Source of the DNA: Hydrolagus colliei
Lineage: Eukaryota
NCBI GenBank assembly: GCA_035084275.1
Contig: CM068753.1
Location: 15,934,001-15,998,000, forward strand
Direction: 5' to 3'
DNA: 64,000 nt
Shown here: positions 39,515 through 52,141 of the stretch, one piece after another
How the letters are laid out: each line of letters starts with the position of its first letter
Position numbering within the stretch: position 1 is the first letter of the stretch
Translations under genes and position numbers: made by a program
The notes under the pieces: model-generated
Told to the model about the DNA's origin: nothing
Seen by the model: the letters and a program-made list of their open reading frames with translations, nothing else
Database searches by the model: none

Positions 39515-40948
39515 TGTAATGTTATTTAATACAAAACACAATGTAGAATCACTCAGTCCTTTAATTCCAACTTTACAAATCAACCTCCTTCAAATCCGCC
39601 CTGTCACTTTCCCAGAATCCTTTGATCCTTGCATCATTCATATTCAATTGCCACTTAGGTTCTTAAAGGCATACGCAACATCTTCCTTCTTTTAGTTTTT
39701 TCTCTTTTTATTTCAATCTTGTTCTATCACTCTTTGTGGTCTTTTTATTTCTCTTCCACATCTGGTTGTTCTCATTGTTTCTGCCACTCTTTGTTCTTCC
39801 TTCTGCTTTTCCTTTTTCTCCTATATTTTCTTTATTGTTCTGTGTTTGATCTCCCATTATGTTCATCTTTCCCTTTTCATCTTTTACCCAGTAGGATCTG
39901 GGATTCTTATCTTTCCTCTAATTTCACATTCTCAATTCCTTTTAATATTCCATTTTTACTATATCAAATTTTGAACAGAATAGAGATAGAAGTGATGAAC
40001 TGTTTACATTTTTCCTTTGTTATACACTGTTAGTTTACCTTTCCCTGCTTCCATTTTTTCCTTATTTGGTTCCTGCCCTTGTTTCTTCCAATTTCTTTTG
40101 GGGTTTTTTACGACTTTTTTCATTGCTTCTGGTACTATCCTTAATGGTACTCTCTTCTAATCATATTGCATACTCTCTTTCATTAATCCTCTCTTTTCGA
40201 ACACCGGTTATATTGTACTTCCATTTTGTCTGTCTTCCTTAGTTCAGTTTCCTCTTAATCTACTATATTTTATGCCAACTACGATCTGGTCATGAATCAT
40301 TTTGTCTCTTAATGTTTCGTAGTTGCAATTTTTACTTAAGGATCTCAGTACCACACAGTACTGATTGAGTGATTCTGTAGGTCCCTGCTAGCTTGTTGTA
40401 AACTTAAATTGGACAATTATCATACTATTTTTTCCACAACATCTTTCTCTCATAATATTCATTGTCTCATTCAATGGCATGTCAACCCCTCTTTCCGGGG
40501 TTGCAAATTACCCTTGTTTCCTTGCCTGCTACATTCAAAAATATCACAGACTGCTGTTCCTGTGGCAGTTTCATTATGTTTGCTGCTAGTCCAAAAATGT
40601 TAAAGTCTCTTTTAAACCATTGCCAACTGTGCCTTAAACTTCCAATGAACTTCAGTGGTCTTGGTATCTGCACATATTGTGGTACGGCATTTAATTCTGT
40701 TTCTCTCTGCGTTTTGTTTTTGAATCCATATTCCCTTTCATAGTCAGTTTCACTCCAGGCTCCGTTTTAGCTTCTGACACCATGTAATGTTATTTAATCC
40801 AAACCACAATGTAGGATCACTCAGTCCATTAATTCCAATTTTGAAAAACAACCTCTTCCAAATCTACTCAGTCACTTTCCCAGAATCATTTCATCCTTGC
40901 ATTATCCATATTCAATTGCCACTCAGGTCCTTAAAGCCATATGCAATA
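39515..40948 (-). mobile_element. Internally deleted Ty3/Gypsy LTR retrotransposon (LTRs 39515-39680 and 40783-40948)
   Basis: Two ungapped 166-bp direct repeats with TG...CA ends, PBS TGGTGTCAGAAG (reverse of 40771-40782), PPT (reverse of 39681-39693), gag remnants, near-TSD CATAT/CCTAT. Confidence 0.9.
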
Positions 40949-43224
40949 CCTATTGCGTTTGTGATATTTAGCTGACAGTCACCTTACTGCACAATCTTAC
41001 TTCCTCTAAGAATTCAGTAATCTCCAGAGTTCTTGATTGTCATGTAATAATTATTCTCTTGACATTACATATGACAAATACACCTTGTTTCAACTGTGTA
41101 TTTGCCTTCTACATTATAAATTCAAGATAAAGCGGTATTTGGGTTTCACATTAATTGTGTATAAATACATTTTTCAGTTAACTGCATCCATTATGTGAAC
41201 TGAATGCTAGCAATGGTTTCATGCTACCAACAGATGGCACAAGTATGACTAATTGTATTTATGGCATCCTCACATTTAAAAGCATACATGCAAATTGCAA
41301 GTATGAATATAATTCTGATTGCATCATTAAGTAATAAATGTTAAGCAATGCTTGCAACACTTTGAATTTGAAGCACTCAAGCTTCTTTGCAATCTCTGTA
41401 TTAGGTTAAGAGTTTAAAAGTCCAGTATAATTGTTTAGTCAAAGTGGTAGAGCTACAAATTAATATGAAATAAAGGAACTGAGGCCCTTATGTGATGTAA
41501 TGTTCTACAAGCTTGTTATAACAAACATTGAATTGTTCTGATATTGGCTATTGCCAATGTAGTGGTACATTTATATTATGATCAGTCTTTGCATTAAAAT
41601 ATACTTTTTAATTGAGTTGTGGATGGAAAACAGAACAACATAATTGCCTGGAATTTAGATGCAGCACTTACTGGATTTATTTTGTTTGTTTTTGACTTAT
41701 TGTCTGTCATTCCTTGACTCATTAGGTAGAGCTGCTCAAGATCAACCAGTAGATTGTCTCAGATGATAACTGTTTGTCTCATTTGTCTCTAATACTCTCC
41801 CATCAGAGACATGGAGAATGTTTCTAGTCTGCGTGGTGTCTATTTGAATGGCAGATGTAGCTTCACTATGGATTCCAGCAAACTCACAGTTAGTGGTGGC
41901 TGGAATCAGAGGGGAATCAGCTGTGTGGAATGTCCTCTCCTTAGCATTTCTCCTAGTAATAATTACACATACTGATCATTCAGGGGCAATGCACCAGAAC
42001 ATTTTTTAAAAAATTTAGTTGATTGAGTTAGTTGCTTCTTTTTGTAATAAAAAAATAGCTGAACATATATTCCCTTATTAAAATGTAATTCATTATTTCC
42101 TACACTTAACAGTGAATCCAGTGAAATGCAAGTTTTATTTTAAAGTGTAGCAACACCTATGCCAGGTAATAAATGCATAATAACTTCAGTTATTGGAATA
42201 AAAAGCTTTCACTCCTTGGTTGCATTTACAGTGTTTAGGAATATTACAATTGAAATAGTTACTGAAAAGATTACTATTGTTCATTCATGCTAGTTAGTTA
42301 CTACTCGGCACACATTTCCTTTTTCGTGTATCTGGCAGATTGATTCTTGCTTGATGATAACAATGATTTTATTGTTTCGTTTTTAAAGTTACAACAACAA
42401 TTTGCATTTATATTGCACCCTTCATACAGGATAGCATGTCAGAAACCTGTCTAGTTAGGTTACAGGTAAGAACAATTGGTAACATTGCTGAGGTTGTAAT
42501 CATTTTATTTTCATACACTTCTAAAGTTACAAATATTTAGCTTTGCAATCATTTTATTACTTTGTGCAAACATGTTTGCAGTTTTAAGTGTTTTTAAGAC
42601 ATTATTATATCAGTTCCAAACTATGCAACCTAATTGCAGTTGTCAGATTGCGTGCAACTCTGTGGCAAAATACATTGCCATTTGTCTGAATTTGCAATAA
42701 TGATTATGAAATAATCCCTTGTAAAGATACACATTTGACTGGAATCCTAGAGTCTTTCTTTACACCTCTGTACAACTTCTTTACCACATAAGGTAATCTA
42801 TAGTAGTTGATTTCACCTTTCAACACAGCTTTGCAACTCCTTTGGGTTAGAATCTGATGAGGGAATATTTCAATGTTACAAATGATATAAAATAGCATCT
42901 TTCATGCCTCAAGCTGTGTCTCTTTTTTCTGTCAGTAATCTATTGATTTGCTTCTGAGCGCCTGGAAGTGTGAGATTCTGTTCTTATTTCCTCTAACTTT
43001 GCTTATTTCTGTCTGTTGGAACAATCAGAAAATCCACAGCAAGTTCACATCTCGTGTTTGCGTGAAACGTAACTGTTTTTCCTGTTTAGTTTTTTTGTTT
43101 CATTTTTTATTGCTGTGAATTTTTTGGCGGTTTTGCAGATTTATTTAGAACTGTCATGTGCTTCCACATCTGCATCTACATTGTCACTGTTATGGTATTT
43201 TCTTTCTGTCTGTTTCTTCCACAG

Positions 43225-43359
43225 GAGTTTAACAAGTAATCTGCCCAATGTGAATCTACCAAATGTGAATCTCCCCAAAGTACCAAATCTACCAGTTAAC
43301 CTCCCACAAATGCCTAGCTTTTCTGCTTCATCATGGATCGCTGCTATATATGACTCTGA
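43225..43359 (+). CDS. CADPS: CADPS cassette exon (135 nt, phase 2-2), [44 protein letters not shown](D)
   Basis: ccacag acceptor, TGA|gtgtgt donor. CAPS1-type NLP-repeat insert. Confidence 0.93.
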
Positions 43360-45830
43360 GTGTGTATTCGATACACGTTAGATCTGAAATTGTCACCTAC
43401 AGTAACCTGGCATGAATTTGTCTTGGATTTACTTGTTTTTCCTATTATAAATTCTCGTAAGAAATCAAACCAAAACTATCATTCATCCACCAAGGGGGTT
43501 CCTCTTCAGATATTTTGAGAGAAACATTTGATGCCAAGCTTTGCTTTTAAAATCAGCAACTTTCATTTATAAAAGCATTTTTACCCAAGTACATCTTGAA
43601 TGGGCATATTTTAAAATTTCTGGAACAATATGAAATAATATATTTGTAGTTTAGGTATCTTCAATCCTGGGTTGAAATCTCTCACTGTATTTTTTTTTCA
43701 TCCTCTGTTTATCATATGTATACTGCACTATAGATAACATGAAAAAACTTATTAAATTGGATAAAACCTTTGAGGAGCCACAATACATCTCTTCCCTGCT
43801 ATTTGAGCTGTACTACTTTGTACTTAATGAAGGAGTCTATTTGTTTGAATTCAGTAACTTCACTTTGTTCATTGAACATAGCTAGCAGTTTAATTATATA
43901 GTTAATTACATCATTGCTCCTGTAAGTTTGGTCAGTCTTGAGCAACTGGATAAAAGCATAAAAGTTTTTCAGTTTTAGTTTTCAAACTTCAACAATAACA
44001 ACAACAAAATTTACACTTGTATAGTGCCTTTCATGTCAGGAGGACGTGCCAAGACGCTGGATAGCCATTGTTTCATCCAATCCATCTAAAATTTCTTTTT
44101 TAAATCCTGATTTTAATTACTCAAAAGAAAAAAAACATTAAATCCAAGTGTAAAGAATTTAACTTTGTGCATATTTATCAATTTAAATGTGTTTAAGCTG
44201 CTCTGTTTAAATTGAAATTTCAATGGTAGGTGGTGGAATAAATCCCCCAAAAAAGGAAAATAATTTTCATGCCAGGTTGACTATATGGAAGACTAGTTTA
44301 GGAAGCATTTGAAAATGGAAAGCATGGAGACCTAAAGAGCTTTTCCATTTTCTTCTTTTTGCATGCTGTGTGATAGCTTGGAAAGATAATGAATCAATGC
44401 ATAATAGCAAAGCAAGATCGACAACCATATTCTAATTCTGTCATAGTACACCCTACTCTCAACACATGGCCCCCAGTCTTGACACTAACATAAAAATCCC
44501 TGAAATTCCTTGAGCTGCATTGTGTTGGGACATTCACTGTGGTATGTACCTCATTATAACGTGTAAAATGCTTGGCTCCCAAGGACTGTATTATAATAAG
44601 GATCAAGTGTACTTTTTATAGCATTTTAGAGCAATCAGGCTGGTAACACATACAACTTGTCACTCTTGGTTGTATGGTTATGTTCTTGGTTCTGCAGAAT
44701 ACCGTCATTGTGCTGTGATGTGACGTACGTAGATATATGTATTGTCAAAATTAACGAGCTGTCATGGATTGTGAAATGCTTGATTCTATATCTTTCCAAA
44801 GGAACCCATTTTTTTTTCTGTAATCAATGAATTCTTCGTAACCGTGACCTATGTGAACAAAAAATACGGGTCCCTCGATAAACAAACCTTTCTACCTGTC
44901 AGCACAGCATTCCCACGAGGTGGGGGTTACCTTGGCATGTTGGGATATGGTCTCACCCTACGGTAGCTTTCTCCTGGCTCTGAAGCATTCGTTACTTCAG
45001 TGCAGCTGGCATCCATCATGTTGGAAACACAGACTGCCATATGTTGTTTCTGGAGATGATGCCAGCAGTAGTGGTAATGCATGGTGTGTACAACATCTAA
45101 AAAAAAAAGTACAGTGCCTAGCATTAGTGGTTCGCGAGGATGGATTTCATGAGAAAAGAAAATAAATAAAATTTCACAGTGAGGCCAAGGTTGCTGGAAT
45201 TCTGAACCCATGGGTATTTTTCATCAACGACTACTTCTTTTAATAGTCTATCCTACATATTTCCGGCTGCCCAAGGGCATTTTGCGGAGATGGTATTAAG
45301 ATACTTCAAGGTGGATTAAGTTGTTAACCCCAAAACATTAACCACTATTGGCAGAGCAACCTAAATTGTTAATGCTCAACCTGGAGGGTCTAATCCTAAA
45401 CCTAATAGGCAAACCCTCGCCCACCACTAAGGCCCCCAACCCCAGAGCAAGTTTGTCTTGGTTTCTGAGAGAAATGTTTTTGAAGCATGCATGAAACCAC
45501 AATGTAATATTAACCACACCCACCCAAATGGTTGAGATCCCAGGCTAACTTTTACCATACACTTTTTCTGTAAACTGATTTGAACTTGAGTAATTTCTAA
45601 ATCCGCATGCAGTTAGATGGATTGTTAAATGTTCAATATTGTTGTAAAATGGCACTAGAAAACACATGAGGTGTATGATAAAAAAAATCCAAGTTCTGAC
45701 TGTTGGGATCTTATTTCTAAAATCCTTCCTCTGCTTTAGACTGCTGTGCACTCCAGGCATTGAGCTAGTATATATTATTTGAAAAGTGACTTAAGGCTGT
45801 TTCTGACTAGTGTTTCCCCTGTTCTTTCAG

Positions 45831-45986
45831 CAATGGCTCAGCAACCTCAGAAGATCTATTTTGGAAGTTAGATGCCCTGCAGACATTTATTAGAGATCTA
45901 CATTGGCCAGAAGAGGAGTTTGCAAAACATCTGGAGCAAAGACTCAAGCTCATGTCCAGTGACATGATTGAATCATGTGTTAAAAG
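45831..45986 (+). CDS. CADPS: CADPS exon, [51 protein letters not shown](R); phase 2-2
   Basis: tttcag acceptor, AAG|gttaga donor, conserved peptide. Confidence 0.96.
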
Positions 45987-46780
45987 GTTAGATGTTCTAC
46001 AGAACAAAGTGTAAACAAACCAAACGAGTACTTGTATGAGAACATAATCCCTATTTAGTGGATTACCTAGAAGATTTAATTATAGCTCACGATTGCCAAT
46101 TTAGAAAGAAAGGAACCTTTGCTCTATTGCGTTGGCATGCTTGACATGCCACGTCAATCAATCACTGCCAATAATGTATTATACTTGATTTGAAAGCACA
46201 GGATCTGAATTGGATATTGCATAGGAATGTCTCTGTAAACACTGTAATAGATGTGAAGTATTACACTGGATTCCCAGTTGCATTCTCCGTAACACAAAAG
46301 CCATTGCTACGCATCGTAATAAGCAGGAACATACAGTAAGTTTTCTAGTATTAAAGGTACTAGTTTGTATAAACTACCAATGTATGTAACACTCAATTCC
46401 AGTGATTTATGTGTCTGAGTAGATATCTGGAGCCATTTGTAATTGCTTTATTTTCCATAACTCTCTAACCACAAGAGTCACCATTTCCTTCTTCACCTCT
46501 TATCTCTCCCGCCTCAGCTTGGATGAGCAGTATAAAGTGCTTTGAGATGTTCTCCTGATGTGAAAGGCACAACAGAACTATAAATTGTGTTACAATTCTA
46601 TTCTATAATATTAATAAGTAGTCTTTGTCTTTCCTGAAACATACTTTGAAATCAATTGTTTACATAATTTGTAATTCATGAAGAATGAATGCTCTCTCCA
46701 ATATTTGTACACTTTTGGCTGGCCTTTGGCACTGTTTATCATTTTAGATTTTAAAAACAATTAAATTTTCCTTCCGACAG

Positions 46781-46928
46781 AACAAGGGTTGCATTTGAAG
46801 CCAAGCTGCAGAAGACAAGCAGGTCAACAGATTTTCGTGTCCCACAGTCAATATGCACCATGTTTAATGTGATGGTTGATGCCAAGTCACAGTCCACAAA
46901 GCTTTGCAGCATGGAAATGGGCCAGGAA
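46781..46928 (+). CDS. CADPS: CADPS exon, [49 protein letters not shown]; phase 2-0
   Basis: cgacag acceptor, GAA|gtaagt donor, conserved peptide. Confidence 0.96.
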
Positions 46929-47633
46929 GTAAGTTAACACTTTTTCATGAAAATAAATTGTGCCAGTCGAAAGCTTAATAATACAAATCTGATTCACTGC
47001 AACACACCATGGTTAAGATAAACCTTTTATAAACAAAATAATTATCTAAAACACACTCTATGGCTGTGACCAGGATTAGTTATAGTTGCTTCATTCTTTA
47101 AACAATAAGTATATACTAATACTGGCCAGCTAACCCTTTGAATACTGAATGTCACTGCAGGTTTTGAAATGTGATTTTTTTTTGTGGTTACAGAATATCT
47201 GAACAGATATATTTTCTCTACATCTCCACTGTTGGATATTATACATACAATATAAATACAGGAAATATCCACAACTAACTTCTGAGCAGTTTTTTAACAA
47301 AGGAACAACTTACTGTAGTGTTTAAATTTCATTCAGTAATCAAAGATTTAAATTCAGGTAGCTTAAATTCAGGTAGCAAATGCAACTAGTGCTGACGTAG
47401 CATGTATTTGCTTGGATATATCTTCCTTTTGCCTGTTCATTCCTTCATGTTTTTGTATAATTTTGCATTGCATATTGTAATCATATTTATTTCAGTAATT
47501 TTTTTCTCCAATAATCCTGTCCTTGGTATGTTTTTTTTTACAGATTTATTTTAAATATGTTTTACCATTACCATGTTCTTCTTCCTATCTCTCGCATCTT
47601 TCTCCTTATTTCTTTTTCTCAATCACCTGAAAG

Positions 47634-47648
47634 TTTTCTAAAGAATGG
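47634..47648 (+). CDS. CADPS: CADPS 15-nt microexon FSKEW; phase 0-0
   Basis: Long pyrimidine tract, tgaaag|TTTTCTAAAGAATGG|gtaagt. Matches the FAKEW insert recalled for CAPS1 isoforms. Confidence 0.88.
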
Positions 47649-47909
47649 GTAAGTGAGGTTAAAATTATAATTTATGCTATAATTTATTTATTAACAAAAA
47701 CTGAAAGATCATTGTTTATATGGAAACTAAAGTATGATTAAATTGCTGCTATTATGAAGCCTGGCACTACAGATTAATGAGTTGGATACTACGAAGAGGA
47801 ATATGTTGGGATGGGGAAGTCAGGAGCATCGGCAATGGGAGCAGAATTAGGACATAGCAGTTTCTTAAGTAGAGATTTGTTATAACACTGGTGTTTGGGA
47901 GTGGGCAGT

Positions 47910-48072
47910 GTCCATAAGATCCTCTGGGGGATGGGGAGCCAATGGAGCCGGCGAGGGTGGGAGTGATGTGGTCGCAGAGCTTAGTGCGGGAGAGAACACG
48001 AGGTTTGGATGATCTGCAACTTGTGAAGGGAAGAGCCGGGTAGGCCAATGAGGAGGGAGTTTCCATAGTCAA
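47910..48072 (-). mobile_element. L2-type LINE fragment
   Basis: Remnants DYGNSLLIGLP..LHKLQIIQ and HITPTLA, homologous to 17440-17592. Confidence 0.8.
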
Positions 48073-48733
48073 GCCATACACATACATATGGAAAGCCAGT
48101 CAGCTTGCTGTATGCCCACCTGGTTTTCCATGCGATAAAAAAAAGTGAGCAGAAAATGTGCAGAAAGTGGCAATAGCAGTGAACTGACCACATGAAGGTT
48201 GGCCGTGTGTTCTCATGTGTGAGAATCCAACCAAGTTTTGACATAAGCTGCCCAGCTTTATGCACTCATTTGCATAGTTCAAAAAGTCAGGGTGCACACT
48301 GCAGTAAACGAACAAAGCATTAAAACAGGGTTGCATCGCAGTTAGAAATTGTTCCATAGCTGAGTAAAACTGTGAGACTTTCTTATAGATCTAGTTAAAA
48401 AATAGAGCAGTTTTCCCTACATATGTGAAATATGTTTGTTTTAACAACAGTGAAAACACTTGAAAAAACCGTCAATCCCAAGATATGCAAAATTACAAAT
48501 TCTTGCTGCACTTATATTAAATGGCAGCACCTCCCTCTTAAACATGCACCTGTCAGCTCAGAACAGCATCCTTTGCTGTGTTACACTGCTCATAACTAAT
48601 ATTACAGTAGTTTGTTAATTTACATTTTAAAAACCCACTTAAGAAATGCACATAAATCAAATTACATTACTGTATAATAAATGTTCTAAAGTCTCTGACA
48701 ATTTCTATCAGTTATTTATTTAGTAGAATAGTA

Positions 48734-51084
48734 GAATGCTGGATCTAGTTTTGGGAAATGAGGTAGGGCAAGTTCAACAGGTTTCTGTAGGTGAGCATCT
48801 AGGGAATAGTGACCACAATATCGTTAGATTCAGAATAATTATGGAAAGGGATAAGGAACGATCACAGGTGAGGACACTCAACTGGAAAAGGGCTAATTTC
48901 AATGAGTTGAGGTGGGACCTAGCCAAGGTGGATTGGAAAGAAAAATTGGCAGGTAAGACAACTAACGAGCAGTGGGCAGCGTTCAAAGAGGAGATAGTTC
49001 AGGCACAGGTCAAAAGCATTCCCACAAAGGTGAAATGTAAGGCATCCAAACCTCCCTGGATGACTAAGGAAATCGGGGCCAAAATCAAACAAAAAAAAGA
49101 GGCTTATGATACGTGTCAGGCTCAAAATTCAGAAGGGAACCAAGCAGAATATAGGAAGTGTAGGATAGAACTAAAAAAGGAAGTTAGAGGGGCAAAGAGA
49201 CTGCATGAAAAACAATTAGCGAGTAAGATTAAGGGGAACCCTAAGGTTTTTTACCAACATATTAAGAGTAAAAGGTTGGTCAAGGAGAGGGTGGGGCCAA
49301 TTAGGGACCTAGGAGGAAATCTCATTGTGGAGGCAGAGGGCATGGCTGATGTACTGAATGAGTACTTCGCCTCTGTCTTCACAAAAGAAAATGATACAGC
49401 CAATGCCATGGTATTAGAGGAGAGGGTAGGAGAAATGGATAGAATAATTATAACCAGAGAGGAAGTGCTAAAAAGGTTGACGTCGCTCAAGGTGGATAAG
49501 TCACCTGGTCCGGATGGGATGCACCCTAGGTTACTAAGTGAGGCACGGGAGCAAATAGCAGGGACTCTGGCCACGATCTTTCAATCTTCCTTGGACACAG
49601 GGGTCGTGCCAGAGGACTGGAGGATAGCTAATGTTACTCCCTTGTATAAAAAGGGGCAGAAGGACAAGCCTGGTAACTACAGACCAGTCAGTCTAACGTC
49701 GGTAGTGGGCAAAATTCTAGAGTCCATAATCAGGGACAAGGTAGATCTTCACTTAGAAAGATATAGGCTAATAAAGGACAGTCAACATGGATTTGTTAAA
49801 GGCAAATCTTGCCTTACAAATCTGATAGAATTTTTTGATGAGGTAACGGAATGGGTGGATAATGGTAGCGCAGTTGATGTAGTTTACATGGACTTTCAAA
49901 AGGCATTTGACAAAGTGCCACATGAGAGACTTATTAAGAAATTAAAGGCCCATGGCGTAAAAGGGACAGTGGCAGCGTGGATCCACAACTGGCTGCGAGA
50001 CAGAAAGCAGAGAGTTGTAGTGAGCGGCTGTTTTTCAGATTGGAGGGAAGTGAGCAGTGGTGTGCCACAGGGATCGGTTTTGGGACCATTGCTGTTTGTA
50101 ATCTACATCAATGATCTGGACTTGGGTGTACGGAGTACAGTTTCCAAGTTTGCAGATGACACTAAGTTAGGGAGAATAGTAAACAGCGAGGAGGATAGTA
50201 GCCATCTGCAAGAGGATATAGACAAATTGGTAAAGTGGGCAGACACATGGCAGATGAAGTTTAATGCAGAGAAGTGTGAGGTGATGCATTTTGGGAGAAG
50301 AAATGAAGGGAGGCAATATAGGCTAGATAGTAAAATTTTAAATGGTGTGAAGGAACAGAGAGACCTGGGGATTTGTGTTAGTGACTCGTTGAAGGTGGCA
50401 GGACAGGTAGACAAGGCTGTTAAGAAGGCATATGGGATACTAGGCTTTATAAATAGGGGTATAGAGTACAAAAGTCAGGAAGTGCTGACTAACCTCTATA
50501 GGACTTTGGTGAGGCCTCAGCTGGAATACTGTGTTCAATTCTGGTCACCACACTACAGAAAGGATGTGAAGGCATTGGAAAGGGTACAACGAAGATTTAC
50601 TAGGATGGTGCCAGGATTGAGGGACTTCAGCTATGAGGAGAGGCTAGATAGGCTAGGGTTATTCTCTCTGGAGCAGAGAAGATTGAGGGGAGACCTAATA
50701 GAGGTTTATAAGATCATGAGGGGTTTCGACAGGGCAAATAGAGAAAAACTATTTCCACTCGTGGGTGAATCTGTGACTCGTGGTCACAGATTTAAAATAG
50801 TTTCAAGGCGCAGTAGAGGGGAGCTGAGGAGAAATTTTTTCACTCAGCGAGTTGTTCGAATCTGGAATGCATTGCCTGAAAAGGTGGTGGAGGCTGATTC
50901 GATAACAACTTTTAAAAGGGAATTAGATCTTTATTTAGGAAGAACGGGTCTATTAGGCTATGGGGAGCGGGCAGGGCAATGGGATTGAATCGCTCTTTTC
51001 AAAGAGCCGGCACAGACTAGATGGGCCGAATGGCCTCCTTTTGTGCCGTAAAATTCTATGATTCTATGATTCTATGATTCTATG
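48734..51084 (+). mobile_element. Young 5'-truncated CR1 LINE with 3'UTR and (ATTCTATG)4 tail
   Basis: Uninterrupted ORF2 fragment, short 3'UTR, four perfect 8-bp repeats at 51053-51084. Confidence 0.97.
48736..50988 (+). CDS. CR1 ORF2 fragment (end of APE endonuclease plus complete RT domain), 750 aa
   Basis: Motifs LDLVL..SDH, KSPGPDG, NYRPVSLTS, QHGF, DFQKAFD, GVPQGSVLGP and KFADD. The N-terminus is missing, so translation is doubtful. Confidence 0.9.
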   Translation: MLDLVLGNEVGQVQQVSVGEHLGNSDHNIVRFRIIMERDKERSQVRTLNWKRANFNELRWDLAKVDWKEKLAGKTTNEQWAAFKEEIVQAQVKSIPTKVKCKASKPPWMTKEIGAKIKQKKEAYDTCQAQNSEGNQAEYRKCRIELKKEVRGAKRLHEKQLASKIKGNPKVFYQHIKSKRLVKERVGPIRDLGGNLIVEAEGMADVLNEYFASVFTKENDTANAMVLEERVGEMDRIIITREEVLKRLTSLKVDKSPGPDGMHPRLLSEAREQIAGTLATIFQSSLDTGVVPEDWRIANVTPLYKKGQKDKPGNYRPVSLTSVVGKILESIIRDKVDLHLERYRLIKDSQHGFVKGKSCLTNLIEFFDEVTEWVDNGSAVDVVYMDFQKAFDKVPHERLIKKLKAHGVKGTVAAWIHNWLRDRKQRVVVSGCFSDWREVSSGVPQGSVLGPLLFVIYINDLDLGVRSTVSKFADDTKLGRIVNSEEDSSHLQEDIDKLVKWADTWQMKFNAEKCEVMHFGRRNEGRQYRLDSKILNGVKEQRDLGICVSDSLKVAGQVDKAVKKAYGILGFINRGIEYKSQEVLTNLYRTLVRPQLEYCVQFWSPHYRKDVKALERVQRRFTRMVPGLRDFSYEERLDRLGLFSLEQRRLRGDLIEVYKIMRGFDRANREKLFPLVGESVTRGHRFKIVSRRSRGELRRNFFTQRVVRIWNALPEKVVEADSITTFKRELDLYLGRTGLLGYGERAGQWD

Positions 51085-52066
51085 AATATATTAATATAAT
51101 GCATATATTAAATTATCACTGCTATATTGTCTGCCAGTTGAAAATACCGGTACATGTTATAGTCTGATGGAATGTAATTCCTGCAATGAACAGTGTGTAT
51201 CCAGGAATCTACAATGTGACAGTATTTTTGCCTTTCTAATATGAATCTTCCACTTATTCTTGATGAAAGGTTTATTTATGAATTGTTTACATGCAATTCT
51301 GAATCCTAGAAATAGGAATGAATAGACTGCTGAGGTGCAGTTTCTGGACTAAAATGTGTAGTTTTAAAGCTTTTCATTTCACATTTGCCAAAATGTCCAA
51401 AGAATTTATCAAACGTGCTTCGTGTTTAAGCAGGCCAACAGGTGACCTGGCACCAGACCAAAACTGATACCATTCTCTAACCGGGCAGAAGGAAGGGCAT
51501 GAATGAAATCTGATTTGGTTCCTGACTCCCCTTTGCTCTTGTGTGTGAGGAAATGCTTACCTCTTGGTACCTCCTCCTGATAGTCTCATCAAAATTGGGA
51601 ATTCTGTAAGGGAGTAAAAAATTAGATCCACATTCATTCACTTCCAGCTAGAGAATGATACAAGTGGCTAGACTAGAATTCTTTTAGCCGTTTGTCTCAT
51701 TCAGTTTTAAATAAATTCAACAATTCTTATACAACACAGACCCAGACAAGGGTGTTCGCAATCGATGAGCACAACATTCACAACCTTTTTTGTGAAATCA
51801 TAATGCGATGTCCCACTAGTTCATGTTTATTTACATCTAAAACCTCCGAAATAAACACTCAAAATTGCACATACAGCAATAAATCCTCCCACAAATATAG
51901 TATACTGTAACTGGTACTCAATCGGCTCCCAAAATACACAGCTTCCAAAGAGAATGCTGCGTACATTTGAAAAAAAAGAAATTCAGGCTTCACTTGTATG
52001 GCCAAAAGTGAGTTGCGTACCACGTTTTGCCCATGTTTTGCCCATGTGCCTTTCTGTTTTTTTCAG

Positions 52067-52141
52067 CGGCAATACCATTCGAAAATTGATGAGTTGATTG
52101 AAGATACAGTGAAAGAAATGATCACTCTCATGGTTGCAAAG
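52067..52141 (+). CDS. CADPS: CADPS exon, [25 protein letters not shown]; phase 0-0
   Basis: tttcag acceptor, AAG|gtacag donor, conserved peptide. Confidence 0.95.

Noticed and set aside
44880-45460. GC-richer block, possibly an old RTE-like or other repeat
   Set aside because: No diagnostic motif I can verify. The same applies to GC-richer blocks at 16570-16845, 29700-29900, 30200-30650, 32150-33000 and 61660-61900, which need a repeat-library search.
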